From the NCBI GenBank assembly GCA_046351255.1, contig JAXLYU010000014.1, positions 251,730 to 315,729 on the forward strand: a DNA stretch of 64,000 bases. The letters run 5' to 3'. The first letter of the stretch is position 1, and every line of letters starts with the position of its first letter. Under the pieces are notes generated by a model. It ran no database searches. It saw only the letters and a program-made list of their open reading frames with translations, and was not told the DNA's origin. This DNA is from Labilithrix sp. (GTDB taxonomy: Bacteria > Myxococcota_A > Polyangia > Polyangiales > Polyangiaceae). This document shows, piece by piece, positions 29,207 to 38,885 of this stretch. The position numbers and the translations under genes were made by a program.

Positions 29207-29971
29207 ATGCTCGGGGACGTGCGTTGGTTCGCCGTCCTTGCGTTCGTGCCGGTCATCGCTTGCGCCGCCTCACCGCCGCCCGAGCCCGTGATCACACCGC
29301 TGCCGCCAGCACCGATCGAGGTCGCCCTGGTGCCGGCCCCGCCCGCGCCCGACACGACCGCGCTGAAGGCGAAGGCGGAGGAGGCGGTCGACGCCGCCGC
29401 GAGGAAGCTCGAGCTGATCGGACAGACCTGCGCGAAGGACTGGCTCGAGACGGAGGTCGCGTGCCCCGCGTCCGAGTTCACGCAGATCGCGACGGACTAC
29501 CAGGCCTATTACGCCGAGCGCCCGGATCTCCGTAAAGAGAGCGGCAGCTACTACTCCCTGCCTCGCCTCGGCGGACCGACGCGCACGGTGGAGCAGGTGA
29601 CGAACGATCTCGTGATGGGCTGCGAAGACGGCTGCCGCGCGCAGCGGAGCGCGTCGATCGGCTCCGCTCTCGACGACGCGGTCGAGGCCTGCCAGAAGGC
29701 GAAGAGCGGTCACGCGTCGTGCAAGGAGCTCGAGAAGCGCCTCTCGAAGAACGTGCGCGCGAGCGAGGTCGAGCGCTGGGAGGGCACGTGCGAGAGCCGT
29801 TGCGACTCGCACCGCGCCCAGATCGCGTACGCGGCGGAGGTCGATCGCAAGCGCCCGAAGACGCCCGCCGAGCGCGCGCAGTGCGAGGCCGCCTGCCACC
29901 GGCAGCACGACGGCGGCTGGTGCGGGACGGGGATCATGGCCTGCCTCGGGCGCTGCGTGCCCAAGAAGTAG
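29207..29971 (+). CDS. Cys-rich secreted hypothetical protein
   Basis: Signal peptide, Pro-rich linker, and a helical Cys-rich C-terminal half (14 Cys). Confidence 0.5.
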   Translation: MLGDVRWFAVLAFVPVIACAASPPPEPVITPLPPAPIEVALVPAPPAPDTTALKAKAEEAVDAAARKLELIGQTCAKDWLETEVACPASEFTQIATDYQAYYAERPDLRKESGSYYSLPRLGGPTRTVEQVTNDLVMGCEDGCRAQRSASIGSALDDAVEACQKAKSGHASCKELEKRLSKNVRASEVERWEGTCESRCDSHRAQIAYAAEVDRKRPKTPAERAQCEAACHRQHDGGWCGTGIMACLGRCVPKK

Positions 29972-30036
29972 AACGACCGCGCAAGCTTGAAACAGCGCCG
30001 CGCTCCCTTCACCCGGCGTGTTAAGAACCCGAAGAC

Positions 30037-30579
30037 ATGAAGACGCGCTGTCGCTGGGCGGAGAGTGATGACCTCATGCGCGCCTATCACGACAAGGAAT
30101 GGGGCCGTCCCGTCCGCGACTCGCGCGCGCTCTGGGAGATGCTCAATCTCGAGGGATTCCAGGCCGGCCTTTCCTGGTCCGTGATCCTCAGGAAGCGCGA
30201 GGGATTCCGGAAGGCGTTCAAGGACTGGGATCCCGTCGCGGTCTCGCGCCTGACGCAGCGTGATGTCGAGCGCCTGATGAAGGACGAAGGCATCGTGCGC
30301 GCCCACGCGAAGATCGTGGCCATGATCGGGAATGCGAAGGCCTTCCTCGCGATGCCGGAGGCAGGCGAGGATCTCTCGAAGCTCGTCTGGGGCATGGCCG
30401 GCGGGAAGCCCATCCGCGGCGGTACCAAGCGCCTGACCGAGTCGCCGCTCTCGGCCGAGATCTCGAAGGCGCTCAAGAAGCGCGGCTTCAAGTTCTGCGG
30501 GCCGGTCATCGTTTATGCGTGGATGCAGGCGGTCGGGATCGTCGATGATCACGAGCCCACGTGCTTCCGTCACCGCTGA
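30037..30579 (+). CDS. tag: DNA-3-methyladenine glycosylase I
   Basis: YHDKEWGRP...[10 protein letters not shown]...GNAKAF...[22 protein letters not shown]. Canonical Tag sequence and length (180 aa). Confidence 0.9.
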   Translation: MKTRCRWAESDDLMRAYHDKEWGRPVRDSRALWEMLNLEGFQAGLSWSVILRKREGFRKAFKDWDPVAVSRLTQRDVERLMKDEGIVRAHAKIVAMIGNAKAFLAMPEAGEDLSKLVWGMAGGKPIRGGTKRLTESPLSAEISKALKKRGFKFCGPVIVYAWMQAVGIVDDHEPTCFRHR

Positions 30580-31376
30580 ATTCTTCGGACGTCCAGCGCA
30601 GCGAGCGCATCCAGTCGCTCTGGAGCGGCTATGGGGAGATCCGGCGCGTGTGGCTCCCGGAACGCACGTTGATCGTCAAGCACGTGCACCCGCCGGCGAA
30701 GAAGAGCGACGCGAGCCATGCTCGCAAGTGCCGCTCGTACGACGTCGAGACCCACTTCTATCGCCATTATTCGGGCCGCTGCTCCGATGATTGCCGCGTC
30801 CCGGCCCTCGTGGCGAGCGAGGTGAGGAGCGGCGAATGGCTGCTCGCGCTCGAGGACCTCGATGCGCTCGGGTTCTCGGCTCGCCGGCATCGATTGAGCC
30901 GCAACGAGACCGAGCAATGCCTCTCCTGGCTCGCCGCCTTTCACGCCACGTTCATGGGGACGAGGCCCGACGGTCTCTGGAAGGTCGGTACGTACTGGCA
31001 TCTTGCGACGCGGCCGGACGAGCTCCGAGCGATGAAGAACGCCGAGCTCCGCGCCGCGGCCCCCGAGCTCGATCGACGGCTGTCGTCGGCGAAATTCCAG
31101 ACCCTCGTGCACGGCGACGCGAAGCCTGCCAATTTCTGTTTTGGCAAATACGCGGTCGCCGCCGTCGATTTTCAGTATGTCGGTGGCGGCTGCGGGATGA
31201 AGGACGTCGCCTATCTGCTCGATGAAGAGCGATATCTCGATCTCTATTTCGCGGAGCTCCGCGCGCGGCTCTCTCCCGATCTCGACGCCGATGCGCTGGA
31301 GCGGGAGTGGCGCGAGCTATTTCCGATTGCCCGTCTGGACTACGAGCGATTCCTGGACGGCTGGCGACGGATCTGA
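30561..31376 (+). CDS. Phosphotransferase-fold kinase (APH/ChoK/ecdysteroid-kinase-like)
   Basis: Catalytic-loop HGDAKPANF and DFQYVGGG motifs. Overlaps the tag 3' end by 19 nt. Confidence 0.65.
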   Translation: MLPSPLNSSDVQRSERIQSLWSGYGEIRRVWLPERTLIVKHVHPPAKKSDASHARKCRSYDVETHFYRHYSGRCSDDCRVPALVASEVRSGEWLLALEDLDALGFSARRHRLSRNETEQCLSWLAAFHATFMGTRPDGLWKVGTYWHLATRPDELRAMKNAELRAAAPELDRRLSSAKFQTLVHGDAKPANFCFGKYAVAAVDFQYVGGGCGMKDVAYLLDEERYLDLYFAELRARLSPDLDADALEREWRELFPIARLDYERFLDGWRRI

Positions 31377-31379
31377 CCA

Positions 31380-32450
31380 TCAGGCCAGGATGATGCCGTC
31401 CCAGTCGAGCTCGAGATCGAGCTGCCAGCGATTGCGCCGGAGGTCGAGGACCTCGAGGGTGCGCGCGAGCGGTGACTGAACGAGCGCGCGGACCTTCTCG
31501 TTCGTCGTGAGCCCGGGGCCGACACGCAGGACGCGTAGCCTCTGGAAATATTCCCCCGTGAGGAGCGGCCCGAAGTCGACCTCGTCTTCGTTTCCGAAGA
31601 ACGAAATGGTCAGCTCTTCGACGTTACCGAGGTCCGTCGGGGCGGTGGCGAGCGAGAGCGGGGTGGCGGCGAGGCCCATCGGCAGGCGCAGGCGTCGGAG
31701 TCGACCGAAGAGCGCGGCCGAGCCCTGGACGAAGACGTTCGGGCGCACGAACCACTCGAGCTCGAGGTCCTCGAGGCGCGCGAAGAATCCCGCATGTGCG
31801 AGCGAGTCGATCTCGACGGTCTGCCGCTGCTGCGACGGGCTCTGCAGGCGGAGGCGGCGCGGCGCGAGCGAGGTCGCCTCCTCCATGCGCGCCGAGAACG
31901 GATCCCAGAGATTGGTGAGGGTGAGATCTTCGATGTGCCCGAGCGCGTCGTTACGCATCACCATGCCGAGCGAGAGCCCCTGCAGCTCGATCTGGCGGAG
32001 GCGCGGCAAGCACCCCGACGCGGCGAGCTCGACGAGCAGCGCGGGATCCTCGGGCGTCCCGAGGGCGAGGCCGTCGATGCGCTCGTCCTCGAGCACCTCC
32101 TCGAGGAGCGACGCCGTCTCGTGCGGATCGTCCGGGAAACCGACGAGCTGCAGGCGATGCAGGAACGGCGCGTGCTCGAAGAGCTCCTCGCGACGCTGCA
32201 AGAAGACATCGGCGTCGATGGAGATCCACTCGATGGCGCCGCGCGTCCACGTCCAGGAGAACGCGAGCCCGTCGAGCCCCTTCACCTGCTCGAGGAGCTC
32301 CGCCTCTCGGCGGCGTAGGCGGAGCGAGGCGTCGCGTGCGAGGTCACCGCGGTCGAGCGCGCACTGGATGGTGATCAGCTCGCCGCGGGGATCCCCGCTC
32401 TCGCTGAGCTGATCGGCCCAGACGAGGCGTCGCGCTTCATCCGGCGGCAT
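31380..32450 (-). CDS. TIGR02996-type N-terminal domain plus leucine-rich repeat protein
   Basis: N-terminus RRLVWADQLSESGDPRGELITIQ matches the TIGR02996 repeat-companion motif. LRR-like L-rich repeats follow. Confidence 0.6.
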   Translation of the reverse strand: MPPDEARRLVWADQLSESGDPRGELITIQCALDRGDLARDASLRLRRREAELLEQVKGLDGLAFSWTWTRGAIEWISIDADVFLQRREELFEHAPFLHRLQLVGFPDDPHETASLLEEVLEDERIDGLALGTPEDPALLVELAASGCLPRLRQIELQGLSLGMVMRNDALGHIEDLTLTNLWDPFSARMEEATSLAPRRLRLQSPSQQRQTVEIDSLAHAGFFARLEDLELEWFVRPNVFVQGSAALFGRLRRLRLPMGLAATPLSLATAPTDLGNVEELTISFFGNEDEVDFGPLLTGEYFQRLRVLRVGPGLTTNEKVRALVQSPLARTLEVLDLRRNRWQLDLELDWDGIILA

Positions 32451-33378
32451 TCCGCTGCGCCTCGACTTCCGCTTCGGCGATGGCCTCGGTAGCGTCCTCC
32501 GGGACCCGGTAGCCGCCGCTAGCGGTGGCCTCCGTCCCGATGCGCACCGCGACGCGGTTCTCGTGGGCGAGGATCTTCTCGCGCATGTCGATGAGGAGAT
32601 CGCGGATGAAGGCGGCGAGCTCGGGTGTGATCTCGCCCGGCCAGCGGAGCGCGAGCCCGCGATTCGTCATCACGATGCCCATGCCGCCCACCCCCATGTC
32701 GGTGCTCACGCTGGCCACCTGCCCCTGGAGGGAGGTCAGACGCTTCTTGATCGAGTCGTCGAAGACGGCACGGGCCAGCTTCTCGTCGGTGTCGATGACG
32801 AAGAGATCGTCGAACGCCTGGTCGCCCGTCTTCACGTCGTTCGTCGCGCCGAGCGCCTTGCCGAGCTTCGAGCTCACGCGCTCGCGCGTCACGCGGAACG
32901 TCTTGTTCAGGCCGAGCATGTCGACCAGGACATGGGAATACGTGTGATGAAACTCGCCGATCTGGCGGCCCATCATGGAGACATGGCTCGCGACGGAGAT
33001 CTTCACGTCGCCGCGCCGGCCCTGCGTCGTGAAGGCGGCGTCGTTGTTCGCCTCCCGGGCGAATCCGGCCATGAGCTGGTTCGTCGTGGTCGCGTCGAGG
33101 TCGTAGCCCTCGGCGATCGTCGATGGCTCGTCGAAGACCGTCTTCGCGCAGGCCTCGATGCTGCTCTTCACGGCGAGCCCGGCGCGCGCGAAGCTCCGGA
33201 TCTGCACCTCGAAGATGCCATAGAAGATGCCCGCCATGACGAGCGGTACGACGGCGGCGCCTGCCGCGCCGGCTCCGCCGTGCCCGGCGACGAGCGCGGT
33301 CACGAGAAGCGCGAGGCCGAAGAGCCCGAAGACACCCGTGAAGAAGAGCTGGAGCAGACGCTTCGTACGGGTGCTCAT
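32437..33378 (-). CDS. Membrane-anchored protein of unknown function, paralog A (313 aa)
   Basis: Two N-terminal TM helices then a conserved soluble domain (HHTYSHVLVDMLGLNKTFRVT...NRGLALRWPGEITPELAAFIRDLLIDMREKILAHENR). ATGA overlap with paralog B. Confidence 0.65.
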   Translation of the reverse strand: MSTRTKRLLQLFFTGVFGLFGLALLVTALVAGHGGAGAAGAAVVPLVMAGIFYGIFEVQIRSFARAGLAVKSSIEACAKTVFDEPSTIAEGYDLDATTTNQLMAGFAREANNDAAFTTQGRRGDVKISVASHVSMMGRQIGEFHHTYSHVLVDMLGLNKTFRVTRERVSSKLGKALGATNDVKTGDQAFDDLFVIDTDEKLARAVFDDSIKKRLTSLQGQVASVSTDMGVGGMGIVMTNRGLALRWPGEITPELAAFIRDLLIDMREKILAHENRVAVRIGTEATASGGYRVPEDATEAIAEAEVEAQRNAAG

Positions 33379-34316
33379 TCCTGGATGGTACGCGTCCTTG
33401 CCTCCGCTTCGCCATCCTCGTCGGCCGCGGTTTCTCGGGCCTCCTCGGCCGCGATTCGATAGCCGCCCGCCCCCGCATCCGCCGCGAGGCGCATGGCGGC
33501 GCGGTTCTGGTGCGCGAGCATGTTGGCGCGCATATCGACGAGGAGATCGCGTATCTCCACTGCGCGCTCCGGGGTCAACTCGCCGGGCCAGTGGAGCGCG
33601 AGCCCTCGCTTCGAGAGGAGCACGCTCAGGCTTCCGACGCCCATCTGGACGCTCACCTTCTTCGCGTCTGCCTGCAGAGACAGGAGGCGCTTGCGAATCG
33701 GCTCGTCCAGGACGGCTCGGCAAAACTCATCGTCGCTCGCCAAGAGGAAGGCGGCGTCGAACTCGGCGTCTCCGAGGTCGATGTCCTGCAGCGTGCCGAG
33801 GTGCTTTCCGAGCCTCGCGGTCACGAACTCATGAGTCAGGCGAAATGGCTTGTCGAGTCCGAGCACGTCGACGATGACTTGCGAGTACGTGTGGTGGGAC
33901 TCGTCGTTCTGCCGGCCGAGGATCGAGACGTGACTGCCGACGGCGACGTTGATGTCGCCGAAGCGACCCACGGCCGTGAACGCCGTCTCTGGATCGTCCG
34001 TCTTCATGCGCATCATGAGCGGACCCGTGTTGGTCGCCTCGTGGTCGTAGCCAGTTCGCACCTCCGCGGGCGCGTCGAACGCCGCCTTCGCCGAGGCGGC
34101 GACCCCCTCGCGTGCGAGCCGGGCGGCCTCACGGGCGGTCTTGACGAGCGTTGTGAGCCGGGCCCATACGACGAGGCCAACCACCGCAGGACCCAGCGCG
34201 GCAAGCGCCGCCTCCGGCTCGCTCAACACCATGCACCCGACCGCGACCGCCACGGCCACGAGCGCGAAGGCGACCGCGTAGACGCGGCCGAGCTTCTCGC
34301 GGGTCGCGAGGGTCAC
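33375..34316 (-). CDS. Membrane-anchored protein of unknown function, paralog B (313 aa)
   Basis: Same architecture and motifs as paralog A (HHTYSQVIVDVLGLDKPFRLT...KRGLALHWPGELTPERAVEIRDLLVDMRANMLAHQNR). Likely GTG start overlapping the pssA stop. Confidence 0.6.
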   Translation of the reverse strand: MTLATREKLGRVYAVAFALVAVAVAVGCMVLSEPEAALAALGPAVVGLVVWARLTTLVKTAREAARLAREGVAASAKAAFDAPAEVRTGYDHEATNTGPLMMRMKTDDPETAFTAVGRFGDINVAVGSHVSILGRQNDESHHTYSQVIVDVLGLDKPFRLTHEFVTARLGKHLGTLQDIDLGDAEFDAAFLLASDDEFCRAVLDEPIRKRLLSLQADAKKVSVQMGVGSLSVLLSKRGLALHWPGELTPERAVEIRDLLVDMRANMLAHQNRAAMRLAADAGAGGYRIAAEEARETAADEDGEAEARTRTIQE

Positions 34317-34969
34317 GGCTTGGGGATCTTGATCGTGCTGATCATGAACGAGCCGCTCACGGCGTACATGATCGAGAGCGGGTGCAGCGCCCACGGGCCG
34401 AGCTCGATCGAGCCGAGCCAGAGCCGAGGTCCGACCGCGTCCGTGCCGAACGCGATCCCTAGAATGAGCACGAGCAGCAGGCTCGAGGGGATGGGTGTGC
34501 CCTCGTAGTACTTCACCTTGCCGCGCTCGTCGGAGAGGGAGGCGGCGGTCACGTTGTAGCGTGCGAGACGGCCGATGCCGCACGCGACGAAGTAGCAGAG
34601 AATGACGGTGTCCCAGACGCCACGCAGGCCGAGCGCAAAGCCGAGCGCAGCGGGCGCGACACCGAACGAGACGATATCCGCGAGGGAGTCGAGGTCGGCG
34701 CCGAGCGGCGAGGAGCGCCGGCGCCAGCGCGCGACCGCGCCGTCCATCGCATCGCAGACGAGCGCGACGGGTAGGAGCACGAGCGCCGTCCAGATGAGCG
34801 CGCGGTCGCCGCTCGCGACGTAGCTCATCGACGCGAGGATCGCGCCCGTCCCCGAGAACGCGTTACCGAGCGTGATCACGTCCGCCAGGACGAACGTGCG
34901 GATGAGAGAGAAAGGCTTCTTCTTCGCGGGCGGCGACGCGGGCGGCGTTTCGGTGCTCTCCATGGTCAT
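34313..34969 (-). CDS. pssA: CDP-diacylglycerol--serine O-phosphatidyltransferase (CDP-alcohol phosphatidyltransferase family)
   Basis: DAMDGAVAR...GADLDSLAD matches the CDP-OH phosphotransferase signature. Multiple TM helices. Confidence 0.85.
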   Translation of the reverse strand: MTMESTETPPASPPAKKKPFSLIRTFVLADVITLGNAFSGTGAILASMSYVASGDRALIWTALVLLPVALVCDAMDGAVARWRRRSSPLGADLDSLADIVSFGVAPAALGFALGLRGVWDTVILCYFVACGIGRLARYNVTAASLSDERGKVKYYEGTPIPSSLLLVLILGIAFGTDAVGPRLWLGSIELGPWALHPLSIMYAVSGSFMISTIKIPKP

Positions 34970-35802
34970 CCGCGCCTCCGTTCGAGATATGCCTTGAAGG
35001 CTTCACCGTAGTCCGGGTGCCATCGGGACAGCGGCGGTCGATTCTCGACGATGTCGCCGGCCGCCCAAAGAATTCGCTTTTCGTCGAGCTCGCGCGGTAC
35101 TTCGTTATCGGGGCAGAGGACGTAGAAATCCCCCTTTTCGATGTGCTGGAGCATGAAGTCGACCGTCTGCTCGGCGGTCCACGCGCCATCGGGTTTGTCC
35201 GTCCGACCCCGCGAGGTCATCCCGGTGAAGACGAAGCCCGGAATGAGGAGATGCGCGCGCACCTTCGCGTCCTTCGTATTCCGGAGCTCGTGCTCGAGCG
35301 CCTCCGTGAACGCCTTCACGCCCGCCTTCGAGACGTTGTACGCAGGGTTGCCCGGCGGCGTCGTGATGCCCTGCTTGGAGCCCGTGTTGATGACGAGCCC
35401 CGGCCTCCCGCGCCGGAGCATGTCCGGGAGAAAGACCTGCGTGCCGTGGATGACGCCCCACAGGTTCACGTCGAGGAGAGCCTGCCAGTCGGCGAGCGGC
35501 CCGGTGATGTTCGTCGCGGGCGAGATGCCGGCGTTGTTCATCAGCACGTCGGTGCCGCCGAAGCGATCGAGCACGAGCGCGTTGAGCGTCTGGAGCTGAT
35601 CGCGCTTCGAGACGTCGCACTCGTGCGCGAGGACCTCACCGCCGATCTCCTTGCGCGCGGCCTCGAGCCTCTCTCCGCCGCGGTCGGCGATGACGATGCG
35701 CATCTCCATCCCGGCGAGCTTCTTCGCGGCGGCGAGACCGATTCCGGATGCGCCGCCGGTGATCACGGCGACGCCGCCCGGGACGAGAGCGGGATGGGAC
35801 AT
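34966..35802 (-). CDS. Short-chain dehydrogenase/reductase (SDR)
   Basis: TGGASGIG Rossmann motif, NNAG, and catalytic YNVSK (YxxxK). Confidence 0.9.
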   Translation of the reverse strand: MSHPALVPGGVAVITGGASGIGLAAAKKLAGMEMRIVIADRGGERLEAARKEIGGEVLAHECDVSKRDQLQTLNALVLDRFGGTDVLMNNAGISPATNITGPLADWQALLDVNLWGVIHGTQVFLPDMLRRGRPGLVINTGSKQGITTPPGNPAYNVSKAGVKAFTEALEHELRNTKDAKVRAHLLIPGFVFTGMTSRGRTDKPDGAWTAEQTVDFMLQHIEKGDFYVLCPDNEVPRELDEKRILWAAGDIVENRPPLSRWHPDYGEAFKAYLERRRG

Positions 35803-35940
35803 GGAGGCGAGACTACCCTTGTCGGGAACGGCCGCACCAGAGCGGCGACCTCGTTCGCCGAACCGTGCGGCAGGAGAGACGCGATCCGGGCCATCATCTG
35901 ACGACCGAAGGAGTGACCGGCACCAGCTAAGTGCGGGCGA

Positions 35941-37320
35941 TCATGGGGACGCCAGGCGCTTCACGGCGAGATCGTTCAAATAGCACTCCAGCGGCGTGTA
36001 GCCTGCGGCGCAGCTCGGCGGCGGCTTCCAGCCCTCCGGGAGGCCGGGGGCTTTCGTGGCCGGGATCGTGAAGCCGTCGCCGACGTCCACGCCATTCTCA
36101 TTTTTCCACGCGGGCGGTCGCGCGTCGATGGATTGCCCGAGATATCCGATCAGCCGTTTATCCATCTTGTCGCGCGGGAAGGCGCCCGCGAGCTTCACTG
36201 CCTCCGCCACGACGCTCGCCGATGGCGTGTAGCTCACGCCAGGGAACGGATGGCGCGCGGCGATTCCCGTCTTCGGCTGGACGCGCGCCGCGCCGCGGAG
36301 CTGCACGTTGTCGCTCGCGTAGATCGCGCTGTTCGGGCTGGCGAACGCGGCCGGCTCGATGAAGGGCAGGTCCGCTTCCGCGCTGCTGCGCCGGGCCATC
36401 ACGTTGCCGACGAGGTTCAATTTCACGCCGAAGTTCTTCGCGCTCGGCGGGCAGTCGTTTCCCTCGTTCGTGCCGGTGCAGCGGTTGAACCAGATTGGAT
36501 CGCTGACGTCCCAGAGGACGTTGTTCGAGAGCTCGATCGAGAGCGCGCGACCGCTGCAGTTCGTCTTGCCGGGGCCGTCGCCGTTCTCCTCGCAGCTCAT
36601 CTCGGGGAGGCGCCCGCTCACGCCGTTCCAGACCGAGTGATGGATCGTGATCGCGTCGAGCGGCATCACGTCCTTCGAGTAGTTGATGAGAACGCCGCCC
36701 CACTTGTAGTGCTCGCCGCGGGGCTCGGCGATGATCGAGTGCTGGATGGTGATGTTTCGCGACCGCGTGATCTCGATGTTCTCGTCCTCCGCGCCGGCGA
36801 AGGAGCAGTGGTCGAGGATGACGTCGTGGGCGCCACCGATGCGGAACGAGTCGGGCGCGCCCCCCCGGAAGCGAACGTGGCGCACGATGAGGTCGTTGCA
36901 GTCGTTGGGGTCGTAGACGTTGTCGCAGACGACGCCGCCCTTGATGGTGACGCCGCCTGCGGAGGTCTGGCCGGCGATCGTGAGCTGGCCATGCTTGATC
37001 TCGAGCGGACCCTCGATGACGCCCGAGACGTCGAACACGACCGTGCGCCGGCCGGTCTGATCGAGGCACTCCTGAAGCGAGCCGGGGCCTGCCTTCGCGA
37101 GCGTCGTCACGCGGCAGATGGCACCGCCGCGCCCGCCGACGGCCCGCGCCCCGAACCCCTCCGCCCCTGGAAAGGCGGGGACCGTGCCTGGAACGAACGG
37201 CGACGGGGTGAGGGGCTGGGCGACGACCGTGCTCCCGGAGGTGGCCGCATCGGTATCGGCCGGAGCGCGATTTCGCGTGCAGGCCACGACACATACGAGC
37301 GTCAGGAACCCTCGTTTCAT
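35941..37320 (-). CDS. Pectate-lyase-like right-handed beta-helix lipoprotein
   Basis: Lipobox VVACT. N-terminal FPGAEGFGARAVGGRGG, common in pectate lyases. Beta-helix repeat pattern. Confidence 0.65.
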   Translation of the reverse strand: MKRGFLTLVCVVACTRNRAPADTDAATSGSTVVAQPLTPSPFVPGTVPAFPGAEGFGARAVGGRGGAICRVTTLAKAGPGSLQECLDQTGRRTVVFDVSGVIEGPLEIKHGQLTIAGQTSAGGVTIKGGVVCDNVYDPNDCNDLIVRHVRFRGGAPDSFRIGGAHDVILDHCSFAGAEDENIEITRSRNITIQHSIIAEPRGEHYKWGGVLINYSKDVMPLDAITIHHSVWNGVSGRLPEMSCEENGDGPGKTNCSGRALSIELSNNVLWDVSDPIWFNRCTGTNEGNDCPPSAKNFGVKLNLVGNVMARRSSAEADLPFIEPAAFASPNSAIYASDNVQLRGAARVQPKTGIAARHPFPGVSYTPSASVVAEAVKLAGAFPRDKMDKRLIGYLGQSIDARPPAWKNENGVDVGDGFTIPATKAPGLPEGWKPPPSCAAGYTPLECYLNDLAVKRLASP

Positions 37321-37402
37321 CCCTGCAGGATACGGCTTAACTCGGCCGGCGCTTCAGATAGGTGAGAGGTTTTGGCGAAGGGAGTACGCTCTTCCGCGAG
37401 CG

Positions 37403-38806
37403 ATGGGTGGGCCGGACGCGGAGTACCGAGAGTGGGCGAAGCGCCGCGTCGGGTCGACGATCAAGGACACCTACCGCATCGATGACCTGATCGGCCTCGG
37501 CGGCATGGCCGCCGTCTTCGCCGCGACGCGTCGGGACGGGCGACGGGTCGCGCTGAAGATCCTCCATCCGGACCTCAACCAGCGTCCCGATCTGCGCACG
37601 CGCTTCCACCGCGAGGCGATGGCGGCGAACGCGGTGAAGCACCCCGGAGCGGTGGAGATCCTCGCCGACGACTTCACCGAGGACGGCGTCGCGTTCATCG
37701 TGATGGAGCTGCTCGACGGGCAGGTGGTCGAGTACCTGTGGCAAGCGCAGGGCAAGCGTCTACCGGCCCCCCTCGTGCTGGGGATCGCGCGTGAAGTGTG
37801 CGAGGTGCTCGTCGCAGCGCACCGCGCGGGCATCGTCCATCGCGACATCAAGCCCGAGAACCTCCTCCTCACGAACGACGGCCGCGTGAAGGTGCTCGAC
37901 TTCGGGCTCGCGCGCTTCCGCGACGCGGCCACGCCGAGCGACACGCACACCGGCATGGTCTTCGGGACGCCCGCCTTCATGCCGCCCGAGCAAGCGGCCG
38001 GGCGCACGAGCCAGATCGACGAGCGCACGGACCTCTGGGCGCTCGGGGCGACGATGTTCACGCTCCTCTCGGGCGAGGTCGTGCACGAAGGCGAGTCGCT
38101 GCAGCACATCGTCATGCTCGCCGCGTCGCTCCCCGCGCGCCCGCTCTCCGACGTCTTGCCCGACGCACATCCGGTGCTGGCGAACCTCATCGACCGCTCG
38201 CTCACGTGGGACAAGGACCTGCGCTGGCCGAACGCAGCTGCGATGCGCGACGCGATCTGCTCGGCGTGCCTCACGCTCTTCGGGGAGGAGCGTCCCGACC
38301 TCATGGGCGCGGACGATTTGACGATGTCGGCGCCGAAGCCGCGAGGCGCGGACGAGCACGAGGACGACGCGACCGGCAAGGATCAGACGCTCGCGACGAT
38401 CGAGCCGCCCGTCAGCGAGGAGGTCACCCAGCAGCATCGTTCGCATCCCATCATGCCGGTCGGGGATCAGACCGAGGCCACCGTCCTCGACGACGATCGG
38501 ACCGACGTGAACGTCCCTGCTGCGCCATCACCGGCGGAGGACGCGACCTCCGTGATGAACATCGACCTCCGCGGCTCCGCGTCCCGGGTGGAGGTCCGCT
38601 CCGACCTCGAGCGGAAGTCGGATCTGGACGCGGAGGCGGATATCCGTACCACCTCCATGCGGGCGCTGGCCCCGCGCGCGCCGAACCCGGCGATCCAGGT
38701 GAATCCCTCGAGGACCGTGATCTTGCCCTGGGTCCTCGCCGGGGTCGCCACGCTGGTGGCGCTGATCGCCGTCTACTTCGCCGTCACCGGTCGCCAGGCG
38801 CACTGA
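37403..38806 (+). CDS. Ser/Thr protein kinase with a C-terminal TM anchor
   Basis: LGGMAAVF, VALK, HRDIKPEN, DFG, PPE motifs. C-terminal hydrophobic helix ILPWVLAGVATLVALIAVYFAV. Confidence 0.85.
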   Translation: MGGPDAEYREWAKRRVGSTIKDTYRIDDLIGLGGMAAVFAATRRDGRRVALKILHPDLNQRPDLRTRFHREAMAANAVKHPGAVEILADDFTEDGVAFIVMELLDGQVVEYLWQAQGKRLPAPLVLGIAREVCEVLVAAHRAGIVHRDIKPENLLLTNDGRVKVLDFGLARFRDAATPSDTHTGMVFGTPAFMPPEQAAGRTSQIDERTDLWALGATMFTLLSGEVVHEGESLQHIVMLAASLPARPLSDVLPDAHPVLANLIDRSLTWDKDLRWPNAAAMRDAICSACLTLFGEERPDLMGADDLTMSAPKPRGADEHEDDATGKDQTLATIEPPVSEEVTQQHRSHPIMPVGDQTEATVLDDDRTDVNVPAAPSPAEDATSVMNIDLRGSASRVEVRSDLERKSDLDAEADIRTTSMRALAPRAPNPAIQVNPSRTVILPWVLAGVATLVALIAVYFAVTGRQAH

Positions 38807-38885
38807 CCGCTCGCCGCGCCTCGGCGACCGTTCACCGAACGAGTCGAGCACGGCCGCTCCGGCGGCCCTATCGATCAGGTGAGAG

